A stretch of DNA of 64,000 bases from Verrucomicrobiota bacterium (GCA_039818205.1 JBCBUK010000003.1:64001-128000); one strand, 5' to 3'; shown: positions 1 to 10,641, counted from the first letter of the stretch. Notes: generated from the sequence alone by a model not told the origin. A program made the numbers and translations.

Positions 1-2526
1 CAAGCCCTTGAACTCAACCCTCACTGGGTCGACGTCGTCGAAGTATTGGCCGATTGCTATAGTCTGGCCGATCGCGGCGAGGACGAAAAAGAGCTGATCG
101 AGCGCACGCTGCGCCGCTTACCAAAGTCCTATACGATGCACGGTTACTTGGCCGCGTGGCACGCACGTCGAGGCAATACGCGGGCTGCGATTGAGTCCTT
201 GGAAATCGCGCTCTCCATTGAGCCAGACTATCCCTTCGCTTGGGCACGGCTCGATGAATGGGGAAGCCATGAAGAGTGCACACGCAAAGCGCGCACCTTG
301 ACGGAGGAGCGTCCGGGCGAAGCCCGCATCTGGCAGCTCTTAGCCAATACCCTGCAGCTAGAAGAAGAGCAGGAAGAACGATTGGCGGCTTTGACGAAAG
401 CGAGTGAGTTGGAACCTTGGAATATCGAACTCCTCGATGAAATTTCGATGCTTCTGGTTCAAATGGATCGGCACGACGAGGCGCTGGCGGCAGTGACTCC
501 AGAGAGCCGTCGCGATGCTATGCCGTTTCAACTTTTAGGGCGCCAAGCCTGGATTCTCTGGGAGCAAAATAAGCAAGACGAAGCGATCGCCATGATGGCT
601 GAGATCATTGAAGCGAACCCTAGTTATTGGTGGGGTTGCTCGCGTCGCTTTGAGTGGCTCATCGACTCAAAGAAGAACGAAGATGCGCATGACGCCGCGT
701 TGTCCATGACCGAGCGTTGGCCGCAAGTCTATGTCTCGTGGGGTTACCTGGGGCAGGCCCTGCATCGATTGGGTAAAGACGATGAGGCGCAGGCTGCATT
801 GAAGAAGGCCTTGAGCTTGGAACCCGATTACCCCTGGGGCTGGGATATGCTTGAATCGCTGGCCAAACGCGAGGAACTCGAAACGCTCGCATTGGAGATG
901 GCTGAACGTTGTCCAGGGCAATCACGGCCGTGGATGATTTATGCGCGGGCCATGGATGAGCAGAATCGAATTAACGATTGCCTTGAAGCCATCGACCAAG
1001 CTCTGGAACGTGATGCCCGCTTGATTGATGCGATCGACTATAAAATTATTTTGCTCACCCGTGCCGGTCGATTTGATGAGGCGCGGGAAGCCTGCCTGCC
1101 AGCCGCCTTTGAGGATGACGTTCCCTTTAATCTGTTGGGTAGACGCGCTTGGGTATTGGCGGAGGAAGGAAAGATTGCTGAGGCCGTTGAAGAATTGAAA
1201 CCAATTTGGAGCGAACACCCGGACTATTATTGGGGCGGTGAGCGCCTGTTGGAATGGCAGCGGGCATTGGAGAACTTTGGCGAGCTTGCCCAGGTGGCAA
1301 ATGAGTTCAAAGAACAGTTTCCCACTGATCCCGTGGGCTATGGTTACAGTGCGATCGCGGCGCTTGGGAAACAGAATTTCGGTGAAGCCAAACGTGAGCT
1401 ACGAGACGCATTAGAGGTTGATGAGGAGTATTTCTTTGCCGCGAATCGGTTGTTTTTTCTCTACTTCGAAGACAATGAGTTGAGCTTGGCCGAAGAGGTA
1501 GCGAATCGCTATGCCGTTACGTTGGGCGATTCAAGAGTAGCGGTGTTTAACGCGTTGCTGGCCGCTGCGCGCAACCGTTGGAAAAACCTCAAGCCCTTCC
1601 TCAAAGATCTTGCAACGCTCGAACCGATGGATGTCGCCCATTTGCGTTACCTCTGGGATTATCTCGGGCGTAGCAGTAAGAACAGTCAGTTGCTCCGCGA
1701 ATTTACTCAGCAAGCAAATCGAGGTGAGATCTCTGCGCCTGCGTTGCAGTTTCTAGTTGAGGCGCGGATTAGCCGCAAAAAATTCTCGCTCGACGGGTAT
1801 ATCAGCCAACTGAGTCCCGAGCTGCAGGGTATTGCAGTGGATACCTATTTTTATCAGGCGAGTGAAGGCTTATTGCCATTCTCGGATATTAAGCGAGCAA
1901 TTCGCCGTCACCGGAAACTGATTGTCCAGAACAGCGTTGCTTGGGGTAACGTCGCGAGTTGCTTTTACCGACACCGAAAGTACAACGACGTCATTGAATG
2001 GATGGGCGACTGGCGAACCCGCGAAGGGGTCGAACTCTGGATGCTCAATAATCTGCTGTTTGCTTATATTTCGAAGGCCGACTGGCCGGCGGCAGACGAA
2101 GTTGCCCGTGCCCAGATTGACAATCGATCGATTCAGCATGGCTCGGATCACCCATTCGGATATCTTGCATTCCGATTGGCGCAAGGTGGGCACACGGAGA
2201 AAGCAGAGGCTTTTCTGCGGTGCGTCGCATCCATGGAAGCCGATTCGATGTCGATGTTGACCACCGGTGGAACCCAGATTTTCCTCGAACTGCATGCGGA
2301 CCTTCCCAGCGATGAACTCCGACGGCGGATTCGCACCAGACTGAAAGATTTGTTTGAAAAGGCCTCGTCCGGGAAATGGTCGCGACCCGATGCACTTCAT
2401 TTGTTTCGAGTCATCCTCGCTACCATTCGTGAACGTGAGCCAGGCGCACTTTCTTTCCTCGATTCACTGCGCTTGGGCACCGTTGCGATGCGCTGCCAGT
2501 TCCGCAAAATTGGCATGGTGATCTGA
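1..2526 (+). CDS. Large tetratricopeptide-repeat protein, 5'-truncated by the window edge
   Basis: The frame is open from base 1 (QALELNPHWVDVVEVLADCY...), so the track start at 46 is not the true start. It has many TPR-like units (ALSIEPDYPFAW, ALSLEPDYPWGW, ALEVDEEYFFA). Confidence 0.85.
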   Translation, partial: QALELNPHWVDVVEVLADCYSLADRGEDEKELIERTLRRLPKSYTMHGYLAAWHARRGNTRAAIESLEIALSIEPDYPFAWARLDEWGSHEECTRKARTLTEERPGEARIWQLLANTLQLEEEQEERLAALTKASELEPWNIELLDEISMLLVQMDRHDEALAAVTPESRRDAMPFQLLGRQAWILWEQNKQDEAIAMMAEIIEANPSYWWGCSRRFEWLIDSKKNEDAHDAALSMTERWPQVYVSWGYLGQALHRLGKDDEAQAALKKALSLEPDYPWGWDMLESLAKREELETLALEMAERCPGQSRPWMIYARAMDEQNRINDCLEAIDQALERDARLIDAIDYKIILLTRAGRFDEAREACLPAAFEDDVPFNLLGRRAWVLAEEGKIAEAVEELKPIWSEHPDYYWGGERLLEWQRALENFGELAQVANEFKEQFPTDPVGYGYSAIAALGKQNFGEAKRELRDALEVDEEYFFAANRLFFLYFEDNELSLAEEVANRYAVTLGDSRVAVFNALLAAARNRWKNLKPFLKDLATLEPMDVAHLRYLWDYLGRSSKNSQLLREFTQQANRGEISAPALQFLVEARISRKKFSLDGYISQLSPELQGIAVDTYFYQASEGLLPFSDIKRAIRRHRKLIVQNSVAWGNVASCFYRHRKYNDVIEWMGDWRTREGVELWMLNNLLFAYISKADWPAADEVARAQIDNRSIQHGSDHPFGYLAFRLAQGGHTEKAEAFLRCVASMEADSMSMLTTGGTQIFLELHADLPSDELRRRIRTRLKDLFEKASSGKWSRPDALHLFRVILATIREREPGALSFLDSLRLGTVAMRCQFRKIGMVI

Positions 2527-2550
2527 GGCTCAGATTCCAATCTGGCCAAC

Positions 2551-2577
2551 AAAAAAGCGGCCCACAGTGTAGGCCGC
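2551..2577 (-). terminator. Intrinsic terminator downstream of dapL
   Basis: The minus strand reads GCGGCCTAC-ACT-GTGGGCCGC followed by TTTTTT, between convergent genes. Confidence 0.7.
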
Positions 2578-2603
2578 CGACATAAAACTAAATGGTAGTC
2601 TGC

Positions 2604-3854
2604 TTAGAATTCGAATGAGCAACCATCAAGGCGTCGCTTGATCTCGTCGACGATTGCCGCTTCAGCATCTTTGCCGCTCGCGCTGAATGTGACTGAGAAG
2701 CGCACGTAGGCACCCGCATCGTCCCAAGGGACAGTGCTGATCAGCAATTCACGAATCAAAAACTGGGAGAATTCTTCGGCCGAAGCAAAATCTACCTTGT
2801 CGCCATTGGGCGTTGTCGCGCTCTTTGGAATTGGCGCATACAGGAAGAAGCTGCCCTTGGGCTTGTTTACGGAGAATCCCGCTTCGTTCAAAGCGGCGAC
2901 CAAGAGGTCCATACGCCGGGAATATTTCGACGCAATTTCCTGAGTGATCGACGGGTTGTCCAAAGCGGTGGCAGCAGCTTTTTGGATCGCCAAAAACTGG
3001 CCCGAGTCGCTGTTGTCTTTCATGTCGCTGTAGGCCTTGACGATAAGGGGATTACCACAGACAAAACCAATCCGCCAGCCGGTCATGTTGTAGCTCTTCG
3101 ACAGAGAGTGGAGCTCAACGGCAACGTCCTTGCCACCGGGGACCTGTAGAATCGAAAGTGGCTCGACGCCTTCAAAGACTAGCGCCGAGTAAGCGGCGTC
3201 TTGGAGGATGATCAAGTTGTTAGCCTTGGCGAACGCGATGGCTTCTTCGAAGAATTCGCGAGTGGCCGAAGCGCCCGTTGGGTTGTTTGGGTAATTGATT
3301 ACCAATACCTTCGCCTTCTCAATGACGGCGGCAGGAGCACTTTTCAGGTCAGGCAAAAAGCCATTCTCCTGAGTCAGCTCATAATTGTAGACCTGCCCAC
3401 CGTAATACTTTGAGTGGGTCCCAAAGACAGGATAGCCAGGGGTTGTCATCAAGACGTAGTCGCCTGGGTTAATGAAGCAGCCGGGCAGGAGAGAGAGAGC
3501 AGCCTTGCTGCCGATGGAGTGGCAGACTTCCGTTTCAGCATCCACATCGACGCCATAGACGCTCTTCATGTGGCGGGCTGCGGCCTCCTTGAACTCGGGC
3601 CCGCCATTGTCAGCATAGCCGCGGTTCTCCGGCTTCTCGGCCTCGGTTTGCAGAGCCGATACGACTTCTGGAAAAGCCATTTCGTCCGGCTCACCCACAC
3701 CCATGTCAATCAGTTCGACATCGGGTTTATCGGCCTTCGCGGCTGCCTTAGCACGTTTGATCTTCTCAAACTTGTAAATCGCCGTGGACTTGCCGTATTG
3801 GGAGCCACCAATGCGCTCAGCAAATAAGAACTGTATGTAGGGATCGTCTGCCAT
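2604..3854 (-). CDS. dapL: LL-diaminopimelate aminotransferase (class I/II PLP aminotransferase)
   Basis: Motifs DMGVGEPD, INYPNNPTG, QDAAYS, SLSKSYNMTGWRIG (PLP lysine) and the DapL-like KDNSDSGQF. Confidence 0.85.
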   Translation of the reverse strand: MADDPYIQFLFAERIGGSQYGKSTAIYKFEKIKRAKAAAKADKPDVELIDMGVGEPDEMAFPEVVSALQTEAEKPENRGYADNGGPEFKEAAARHMKSVYGVDVDAETEVCHSIGSKAALSLLPGCFINPGDYVLMTTPGYPVFGTHSKYYGGQVYNYELTQENGFLPDLKSAPAAVIEKAKVLVINYPNNPTGASATREFFEEAIAFAKANNLIILQDAAYSALVFEGVEPLSILQVPGGKDVAVELHSLSKSYNMTGWRIGFVCGNPLIVKAYSDMKDNSDSGQFLAIQKAAATALDNPSITQEIASKYSRRMDLLVAALNEAGFSVNKPKGSFFLYAPIPKSATTPNGDKVDFASAEEFSQFLIRELLISTVPWDDAGAYVRFSVTFSASGKDAEAAIVDEIKRRLDGCSFEF

Positions 3855-4016
3855 AATTTATTTGGGAAAAGGTCCTACGAAAGCGTCGCATCGCTTCCTC
3901 GCAAGTCTAAACACGCTTTTTGCCACCGAGGCACCTCGCCGCGCGGTCCAGAGGCGAATATTCAACGGCGACGAAGCGGGCGATTCGCAACCATTCGCCC
4001 ATCACTGATCACAGAT

Positions 4017-5189
4017 TTATTGATCTCTTTGCGGCGCTTCGACCACGGCTAGGGTCAAATCATCCTCCATGGTAATTTCCTGACCAATCTGGTAAACCTT
4101 CTCCGTGATCGCATCGGCCTGCTCTTGTGGGCCGAGCTCCATCGTTGAGCAAATCAGCTCCAACAAGGTCGTTTCGTTCTTTGCGTCCAGGATTTCTGGC
4201 AGACCGTCGGTAAAGAGAAACATGCGATCGCCCGGTCCGAGTTTGCCATGGACGTTGCCCGAGGCTGCCTTGTCGAGAAGACCAATTGCAATGCTTTCCG
4301 AGAATTCCAACTTTTCGAATTCGTTCGTCTGACAGCGCCAGATAAATGCTTCGGGATGGCCCGCATTGGCCGCCGAATATTCAATCTCACCATCGCTGTT
4401 GAGTAAAAAGTGCCCACAGGTCGCCGACATAAAGCGGTTGGTGAACTGGCCCTGAAGCAATTGATTGAGCTCTATTAGAAACTCATCGGGCGAGCCTGAA
4501 TAGTGCGCCGCAATTTGATCAGTTAGGTGACGGACCAGGACCGTATACATCGCGGCTGACAAGCCATGGCCGCACACATCGCCGATCACGAAAAAAGTAA
4601 ACTTACCGGGGGTGACCGGGAAAATAATCACATCCCCACCAACGGCTTCCATCGGACGATAGGATACGCCAATCTTCAAACCATCGAAGTTCGGGACTCG
4701 TCCTGGAATCATCAGCTTCTGCACCTGGCGCGCACTTTCCAGATCGCGAGACATGATTTCGTTTTGGTGGCGAATCACCTCCTGAGCACGGTGCTGGGCA
4801 GTGATATCCCGCGAGATTCCCATGATCCCCGCAATCTTGCCGGACTCGAGGAAAAGCGGCACTTTAGTCGTGGAAACCCAGGTAATGCTACCGTCCGGCC
4901 ATACCTCACGTTCCTCTTTGTTGATGAGGGGCGTTCCGGTAAGGATAATGTTGCGCTCATCCTCGAACGCGTCTTTTGCGTGTTCGAGATTGAAAAAGTC
5001 AAAGTCGGTCTTGCCCGTTAGTTCGGCCGGGTCGCCGCAGCCTTGTTTCTGCGCCAAAGCATTACTTACCACGAGGAATCGGCTCCGCAGATCCTTGAAG
5101 TAAACGCGGTCGGGCGTCTGGTCCATCAACGCCTGGAACAACTGGCGTTCGCCGGGGACGGGGGGGCGGGCTGGCAATTCGTCGGGCAT
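4017..5189 (-). CDS. PAS/PAC sensor fused to SpoIIE/RsbU-family PP2C phosphatase
   Basis: N-terminal PAS (VYFKDLRSRF, GKTDFDFF, WVSTTKVPL, GISRDIT). C-terminal VGGD, GDVCGHG, NAGHP, FTDGL and EDDLT motifs. Confidence 0.9.
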   Translation of the reverse strand: MPDELPARPPVPGERQLFQALMDQTPDRVYFKDLRSRFLVVSNALAQKQGCGDPAELTGKTDFDFFNLEHAKDAFEDERNIILTGTPLINKEEREVWPDGSITWVSTTKVPLFLESGKIAGIMGISRDITAQHRAQEVIRHQNEIMSRDLESARQVQKLMIPGRVPNFDGLKIGVSYRPMEAVGGDVIIFPVTPGKFTFFVIGDVCGHGLSAAMYTVLVRHLTDQIAAHYSGSPDEFLIELNQLLQGQFTNRFMSATCGHFLLNSDGEIEYSAANAGHPEAFIWRCQTNEFEKLEFSESIAIGLLDKAASGNVHGKLGPGDRMFLFTDGLPEILDAKNETTLLELICSTMELGPQEQADAITEKVYQIGQEITMEDDLTLAVVEAPQRDQ

Positions 5190-5326
5190 AAATCAAAAAC
5201 GCTAAATTACATTCGTTCAAAATCAATCTATTTGCGGCGCTAAGTTGAGATGAGTTTTAGTTGCTTCGTAAGGGCAAGAATGCTTCATAATCGAAGTCTT
5301 CTAGGTCATTTTGTGAGTCGATTCCT

Positions 5327-7945
5327 ATGCATTTAACGTTCTGCCGGCTAAATATATTCACTGTTGTTGGGTGTTTGATGCTCGGTTCACTTAGCCCCGG
5401 CCTGAGTGCTCAGGACGAGGAAGGGTTCCAGCAGGATGCGATTTCCATGGTGGCAGACTGGCCGGCTTGGCGATGGAAGACCCTCGCGGGCGACGATGCC
5501 TTGCAGGCTGGCTTGCCAGGATTAGCCGAAGGTTTGTATCTCGGTGTCCTTGAGGAAAATCCTGACCTGAACGAAGACGCGAGGGCCTGGATCAATATCA
5601 AGTTGGTCTCCGCCCTGATCGCCCAGCGCAAATTTGACGAGGCTGAGGCAGCTCTGCCGCCCCAAAGTGGATCCATGGCCTATGCGGTTGCCCTTCGCCG
5701 AGCAATCTTAGCCTACAGTCGCTCTGATCTGCTGGCCTTAGAGCAATCCCTGGCGCAGATCCGGCCCGAATTCTTGAGTCAGGCGGACTTACCCTGGTAT
5801 TATTTGCTCCGCGGCATGGAGGCCCGAATGAACGACGATCTGGAGAATTCGGCGATCGCACTCGAAAAGGCACTCAACCAAGCAGTTTCTCCGGCTCAGG
5901 CCGCCCAGATTGAAGCGGTTGTTTTGAAAGGGGATGTTATCGCCGGTAAGGACGATTTGGCCGTGCTGCCCGTCCTCAAAAGTAAAGTGGCGCAAACTCG
6001 AGGCACGCGAGCTGGTTTTGATTTCGCGCGTCAGCTCGCGGTGGTGCTGGAACGCCTTGGACGTAAAGATGAGGCCATCGACCTTTTGCGGAGTCAGATG
6101 ACGATGCTCACCGAGCAGGAGACTGCCGAGGCCGGGCAGATGTTACTTCTTATCGGCTTGATTTCCGGGCGCGACTCCGGGCGTGGCCAACTGGCATTCC
6201 AAGAAATTCTCGGTGGAAAGGGCGAAGCGGATACCCAACGCCTCGCACTGTACCTCCTCGCTGCAGGTTCAATGAAGGAGGATGAATCGCGGGCCAAGTT
6301 CCTACAAACACTCGATGAATTGATTGCCCAGGCAGATCATCCCTTGCGTGACGAACTGCTTTTGTTGCGTAGCCGGATCAAACTGGAAGAGGGCGACCTT
6401 GCTGCAGCGGACGCCGATGTTGCTGAGTTGGTGGACAATTATCCAGCCTCTCCGTTGGCCGAAGATGCGTGGTGGTTGCGGGCGTATATGGCATGGACGG
6501 AGAGTCGTTATCGCAGCGCAGCGGATCATTTGGGCAAGATCCGGGACAATCTTCCCGCGGGCCAGCAACGCGCACGCATCGGTGAACTGATTGGGGATTG
6601 CTACTTTCTCAAAGGCGATTACGCCAACGCAGCCGACGTCTATTATGCGGTTTTGACTGAGAAAAGCGCCTACTGGATGGCTGAAATGGTGTTCTTTCAG
6701 ACCGTACTTTCTAGCACCTTGGCGAAGCGGTGGGATGCGGCTCGAGAATTGTTGGATCAGCCAAATAGCTACGCGGGCGAAGTGCTTTGGCGTGCAGAGT
6801 GGACCTACCTTGACGGCTTACGCAATGCGGGCGAGATCGATATTGCCCGCGAGCGGCTCAGCAAACTCTTTCAAACAGGCCGATCATTACCGCAAGAGAA
6901 TGCGATGAGGTGGCGCCTTTTATGGCTCGATGCTCGGCTTGCCTACGACGCCGGAGACGCACTGGCAGCGGCAAACAAAGCCCGCCAGCTGGCGATTGAG
7001 GTTGAGTCGTCGTTAAATGTCGAGCTGAGCGAAGTCCCCAATCTTGCGCCCGAAGTCGCGAGCCACCTTCGATTGCTTGAGGGCCAGGCGCTAATCCGTT
7101 CGGATCAGCCGGAGGAAGGGCTCGCGGTGCTGCAGGACTTGCGGACTACTTATCCGGGAAGCGATCCGGCGATTCTGTCGATCTTAGAAGAGGCACGTTA
7201 CTTTGCGGGTCAATACAGTCTCGCTGAAGCCCAGCGACGCCTGCGCGAACTGGCAGACCGCTACCGTGAAAGTCCGCACGCGCCGGCGGCCCTTTATGAG
7301 GCCGCTATTCAAGCAGATCGCCAGGGCTTGGAGTCAACCCGTCGCGAATCTCTGTCCATTTTGCGGGACCTGATCGAGCGTTACCCAGAGCATCCGCTGG
7401 TCTTTCGAGCTCGTTTGCTACAGGGTAATATCGCCCGCCAGTTGGGCGAGTTCGGTGATGCGCGGGTGGTTTACGAAACCCTGCTCCGTGACTTCGCTGA
7501 CCATCCCGAGATTTATCTCGCCGAACTCTATCGAGCAAATTCGCTCCTTGCGCGTTCAGGGGACGACCCTGCGCTCCTCGATGAAGCGGCCGATGGCCTC
7601 GAGCGCCTGCTTGATCTCGCCTCTGTCCCGGTGGATGTTCGCGTGGAAGCCGGTTACTCACTCAGCCGTATTCAGTCCCAACAGGGCCGACTTCAGCGTG
7701 CGTCCGAGACGCTCTGGTTGGTGATCGCGCGCTTTTTGCGCGATCCAAATTCAGCCCGCCAGCTCGGCGCGAATGGCAGCTATTGGATGTCTCGTTGCCT
7801 CTTTGAGCTCGGAGATATCCTCGAGCAGGACGGCAAAGTCGAAGATGCCCGCAAGGTCTATGCGCAGATTATTCAAAACGGCTTGCCGGGTAAAAACCTC
7901 GCTGCTGCCCGTCTCGAAAAACTCCGCCAGACCGGCGAGAATTAG
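5327..7945 (+). CDS. Exported TPR protein with BamD/CpoB-like repeats
   Basis: Signal-peptide-like N-terminus. Recurrent YP-x-S/H-P turns (VDNYPASPLA, RTTYPGSDPA, IERYPEHPLV). Confidence 0.75.
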   Translation: MHLTFCRLNIFTVVGCLMLGSLSPGLSAQDEEGFQQDAISMVADWPAWRWKTLAGDDALQAGLPGLAEGLYLGVLEENPDLNEDARAWINIKLVSALIAQRKFDEAEAALPPQSGSMAYAVALRRAILAYSRSDLLALEQSLAQIRPEFLSQADLPWYYLLRGMEARMNDDLENSAIALEKALNQAVSPAQAAQIEAVVLKGDVIAGKDDLAVLPVLKSKVAQTRGTRAGFDFARQLAVVLERLGRKDEAIDLLRSQMTMLTEQETAEAGQMLLLIGLISGRDSGRGQLAFQEILGGKGEADTQRLALYLLAAGSMKEDESRAKFLQTLDELIAQADHPLRDELLLLRSRIKLEEGDLAAADADVAELVDNYPASPLAEDAWWLRAYMAWTESRYRSAADHLGKIRDNLPAGQQRARIGELIGDCYFLKGDYANAADVYYAVLTEKSAYWMAEMVFFQTVLSSTLAKRWDAARELLDQPNSYAGEVLWRAEWTYLDGLRNAGEIDIARERLSKLFQTGRSLPQENAMRWRLLWLDARLAYDAGDALAAANKARQLAIEVESSLNVELSEVPNLAPEVASHLRLLEGQALIRSDQPEEGLAVLQDLRTTYPGSDPAILSILEEARYFAGQYSLAEAQRRLRELADRYRESPHAPAALYEAAIQADRQGLESTRRESLSILRDLIERYPEHPLVFRARLLQGNIARQLGEFGDARVVYETLLRDFADHPEIYLAELYRANSLLARSGDDPALLDEAADGLERLLDLASVPVDVRVEAGYSLSRIQSQQGRLQRASETLWLVIARFLRDPNSARQLGANGSYWMSRCLFELGDILEQDGKVEDARKVYAQIIQNGLPGKNLAAARLEKLRQTGEN

Positions 7946-8407
7946 GTGAGCTTGCCTCCCATCGAGTTTGTTCCAGCGAGGGCGGAAGACATTGATTCCT
8001 TGAACCGAATCGCCCAATGCTCGAAGCAATACTGGGGCTATGGTCCCGAATTGATGGCCCTTTGGGCGGATCAGTTGGCGATTGATTCAAGTCGAATTGG
8101 TACTGACCTAATCGAGATCGGGATAATTCATTCTCAGCGAATCGGCTTCTACAGCGTGGATTTGGCCAGCTGCGAGCTGGATGGCTTTTGGTTGTTGCCG
8201 GACAAAATTGGCCGGGGCTTCGGAAGGCAAATGTTTCGACGAATGGAGGAGGCGTTGAGACTTCGGGGAGTGCGAGATATTCAAATTGTATCGGATCCAA
8301 ACGCCGACAGTTTCTATCGGAGGATGGGTGCGAAGAAAACTGGAGTCACAGAGAGTATTCCGAAAGGCCGATACCTGACCGTACTCTCGTATTCGATTTC
8401 GCCTTAA
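7946..8407 (+). CDS. GNAT-family N-acetyltransferase
   Basis: Acetyl-CoA motif IGRGFGR and the C-terminal SDPNADSFYRRMGA. Confidence 0.85.
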   Translation: MSLPPIEFVPARAEDIDSLNRIAQCSKQYWGYGPELMALWADQLAIDSSRIGTDLIEIGIIHSQRIGFYSVDLASCELDGFWLLPDKIGRGFGRQMFRRMEEALRLRGVRDIQIVSDPNADSFYRRMGAKKTGVTESIPKGRYLTVLSYSISP

Positions 8408-8415
8408 ACAGGCGC

Positions 8416-8445
8416 AAAAAAAGCAGCCGTGAAATTCACGACTGC
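8416..8445 (-). terminator. Intrinsic terminator after pdhB
   Basis: The minus strand forms the hairpin GCAGTCGTGAA-T-TTCACGGCTGC followed by TTTTTTT. Confidence 0.75.
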
Positions 8446-8494
8446 CTGTTCATAAATCGGTTGTTTGGAATAGGTCGATCCAACGGGACGTTGG

Positions 8495-9469
8495 TTAGCA
8501 GATCTCGAGGACCTTCTTGATCACACGGTCAGCATCCGGAATTTGGAGCTTTTCCAATGGCATGGAGTAGATCTGCGGAGAATCGATGCTGCTTACGCGT
8601 TTAATCGGCGCATCGAGGTAGTCAAAGGCTTCCTCTTGGATGATGCTGATGATCTGGCTGCCGACACTCGCGAATGGCTTATTCTCCTCAACATAGACGA
8701 CGCGGTTAGTCTTCTTCACGGTTTCGAGAATCGCTTCGACATCGAGTGGACGGATCGAACGGAGGTCAAGAACCTCGGCGTTGATATCGTATTCTTCAGC
8801 CAGCTTCTCGGCCGCTTCCATCGCGGTAATCGCGGCGCGACCATGAGCAATCAGCGAAATGTCTTTGCCTTCCTTCAGGATGTTGGCCTTACCCATCGGA
8901 ATCAGGTATTCCTCTTCGGGAACTTCCCACTTTTGACCGTAGAGGAGGGTGTTCTCCATCACGAAAACCGGATCGTTGTCGCGAATCGCAGTCTTCATCA
9001 GGCCCTTGGCGTCAGCCGCATTGGATGGGCAGACGACCTTGATGCCGGGGTGATTGGCGCAAAGGTTTTCCGGAGTGTGGGAGTGCGTCGCGCCAACGTT
9101 GGTGCCGCCGTTGGCGGGTCCGCGCACGACGATTGGCACGTTCATCAGACCACCACTCATGTAGCGGCAGAACGAACCGTTGTTCAGCAACTGGTCAAAG
9201 GCAACGTAGCAAAAGCTCCAGAACATGAACTCCATAACGGGGCGCAGGCCCAGCATGCTGGCGCCGATGCCCAGGCCAACGAAGCCTGCTTCGCTGATTG
9301 GTGCATCCACGAGGCGCTTGTCTCCAAATTTTTCCCAGAGGCCTTCAGTGACCTTGTAGGCTCCATTATACTGGGCAACTTCTTCGCCCATGACGAAGAC
9401 GTTGGGATCGCGTTCGATCTCTTCGGCGAGCGCTTCCTTGACGGCTTGGCGGTAAGTGATTTGCGGCAT
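8495..9469 (-). CDS. pdhB: Pyruvate dehydrogenase E1 beta subunit
   Basis: Motifs MGEEVAQYNGAYKVTEGL, DAPISEAGF, DLRSIRPLD; lies directly after E1 alpha. Confidence 0.93.
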   Translation of the reverse strand: MPQITYRQAVKEALAEEIERDPNVFVMGEEVAQYNGAYKVTEGLWEKFGDKRLVDAPISEAGFVGLGIGASMLGLRPVMEFMFWSFCYVAFDQLLNNGSFCRYMSGGLMNVPIVVRGPANGGTNVGATHSHTPENLCANHPGIKVVCPSNAADAKGLMKTAIRDNDPVFVMENTLLYGQKWEVPEEEYLIPMGKANILKEGKDISLIAHGRAAITAMEAAEKLAEEYDINAEVLDLRSIRPLDVEAILETVKKTNRVVYVEENKPFASVGSQIISIIQEEAFDYLDAPIKRVSSIDSPQIYSMPLEKLQIPDADRVIKKVLEIC

Positions 9470-9489
9470 TACTGAATGAAAATTTGAGA

Positions 9490-10641
9490 TTACTTGTCGA
9501 GGATACCGCCGTCTTCAAAGATGAATCGGCCTTGGTTCAGTTCGTCGATCTGCTCGTCCTGACCCTTGTTGTCTGTGCTCCAGTAGGTGTCTTCCAGGAT
9601 GGTTTCCGCTGGAGGGAAGGGGGACTTGTCGGCAAATTCGAAGGAAGCTTCCGCTTCGTCGGTGGCGGTCTTGTTGATTTCCTTCGCTTGTTCCTCGGTG
9701 AGGACGCCTTCAGCGATGAGTTGCTTGCGCAGCAACGTGATCGGGTCCTTGTTTTCCTTGTAATCCGAGATCTCGTCCTTCGAGCGATATTTTTCCGCAT
9801 TCGCGTCGGCAACGGAGTGCCCGCGGTAGCGGTAAGTGAAAATCTCCAGCACGGTTGGGCGGGACTCTTCGTGGGCGCGCTTGATCGCCTCCGAAGTCTT
9901 TGCGCGAACGTCGTAGAGAATGTTTCCGTTTACGGTATCCCAGTCCATGCCGTAAGCCTCAGCACGCTGAGCAAGGCACTCTGGGTAGGCCGAGGACCGT
10001 GCCTGGCTGGTGCCCATTGAGTAGGCATTATTTTCGATGACAAATACGACCGGTAAATTCCACAGGCCTGCCAAATTGTAAGCCTCGTGGACGGCACCTT
10101 GGTTAACCGCACCGTCGCCCATGTAGGCGAGGCAGCAACCCTTGATATCCTTGTATTTCAGGGCAAAGGCAATGCCGGTTCCAAGTGGAATCTGTCCACC
10201 AACGATACCGTGGCCGCCCCAGTAATTTTTGTCAGGAGCGAAGAAGTGCATCGAGCCGCCCTTACCCTTGGAGCAACCAGTGTGCTTACCAAACATCTCG
10301 GCCATACACTCGTTCATGCTCATGCCAACAGCAAGCGCGTGACCGTGGTCGCGGTAGGCGGTAATGACGTGATCATCGGAGCCCAGGAGGGAAACCGTTC
10401 CGACGGCGACAGCTTCCTGCCCCTCATAGAGGTGAAGAAAACCGCCAATCTTTCCTTGCTGGTATGCTCGTAGGCTGCGGCCTTCAAAACGGCGAATGCG
10501 TACCATATCGGTAAACAGACGCACCTTTTCTTCAGCACTCAGGCGCTGATTGATCTCAAGCTTAGCGAGGTCGCTGACGTTTACGTCCTGCCAGCGCTCG
10601 GCTTTATTTGTGGTCTTTGCGGACTTTTTTTTCGCGGTCAC
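9490..10641 (-). CDS. pdhA: Pyruvate dehydrogenase E1 alpha subunit
   Basis: Motifs KIGGFLHLY, GKGGSMH, the TPP motif GDGAVNQG...ENN and YRYRGHS. Confidence 0.93.
   Translation of the reverse strand: MTAKKKSAKTTNKAERWQDVNVSDLAKLEINQRLSAEEKVRLFTDMVRIRRFEGRSLRAYQQGKIGGFLHLYEGQEAVAVGTVSLLGSDDHVITAYRDHGHALAVGMSMNECMAEMFGKHTGCSKGKGGSMHFFAPDKNYWGGHGIVGGQIPLGTGIAFALKYKDIKGCCLAYMGDGAVNQGAVHEAYNLAGLWNLPVVFVIENNAYSMGTSQARSSAYPECLAQRAEAYGMDWDTVNGNILYDVRAKTSEAIKRAHEESRPTVLEIFTYRYRGHSVADANAEKYRSKDEISDYKENKDPITLLRKQLIAEGVLTEEQAKEINKTATDEAEASFEFADKSPFPPAETILEDTYWSTDNKGQDEQIDELNQGRFIFEDGGILDK

Noticed and set aside
3855..4016. Possible lysine riboswitch upstream of dapL (GAGGTGC on the minus strand)
   Set aside because: Only about 80 nt remain before the start codon, which is too short for an L-box, and the other conserved elements are not evident. 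An Rfam scan would settle it.
8543..9475. 310-aa plus-strand ORF
   Set aside because: It is an antisense shadow of pdhB with no motifs, as expected from codon bias. The same applies to 9484..10020 and 10087..10473 over pdhA.
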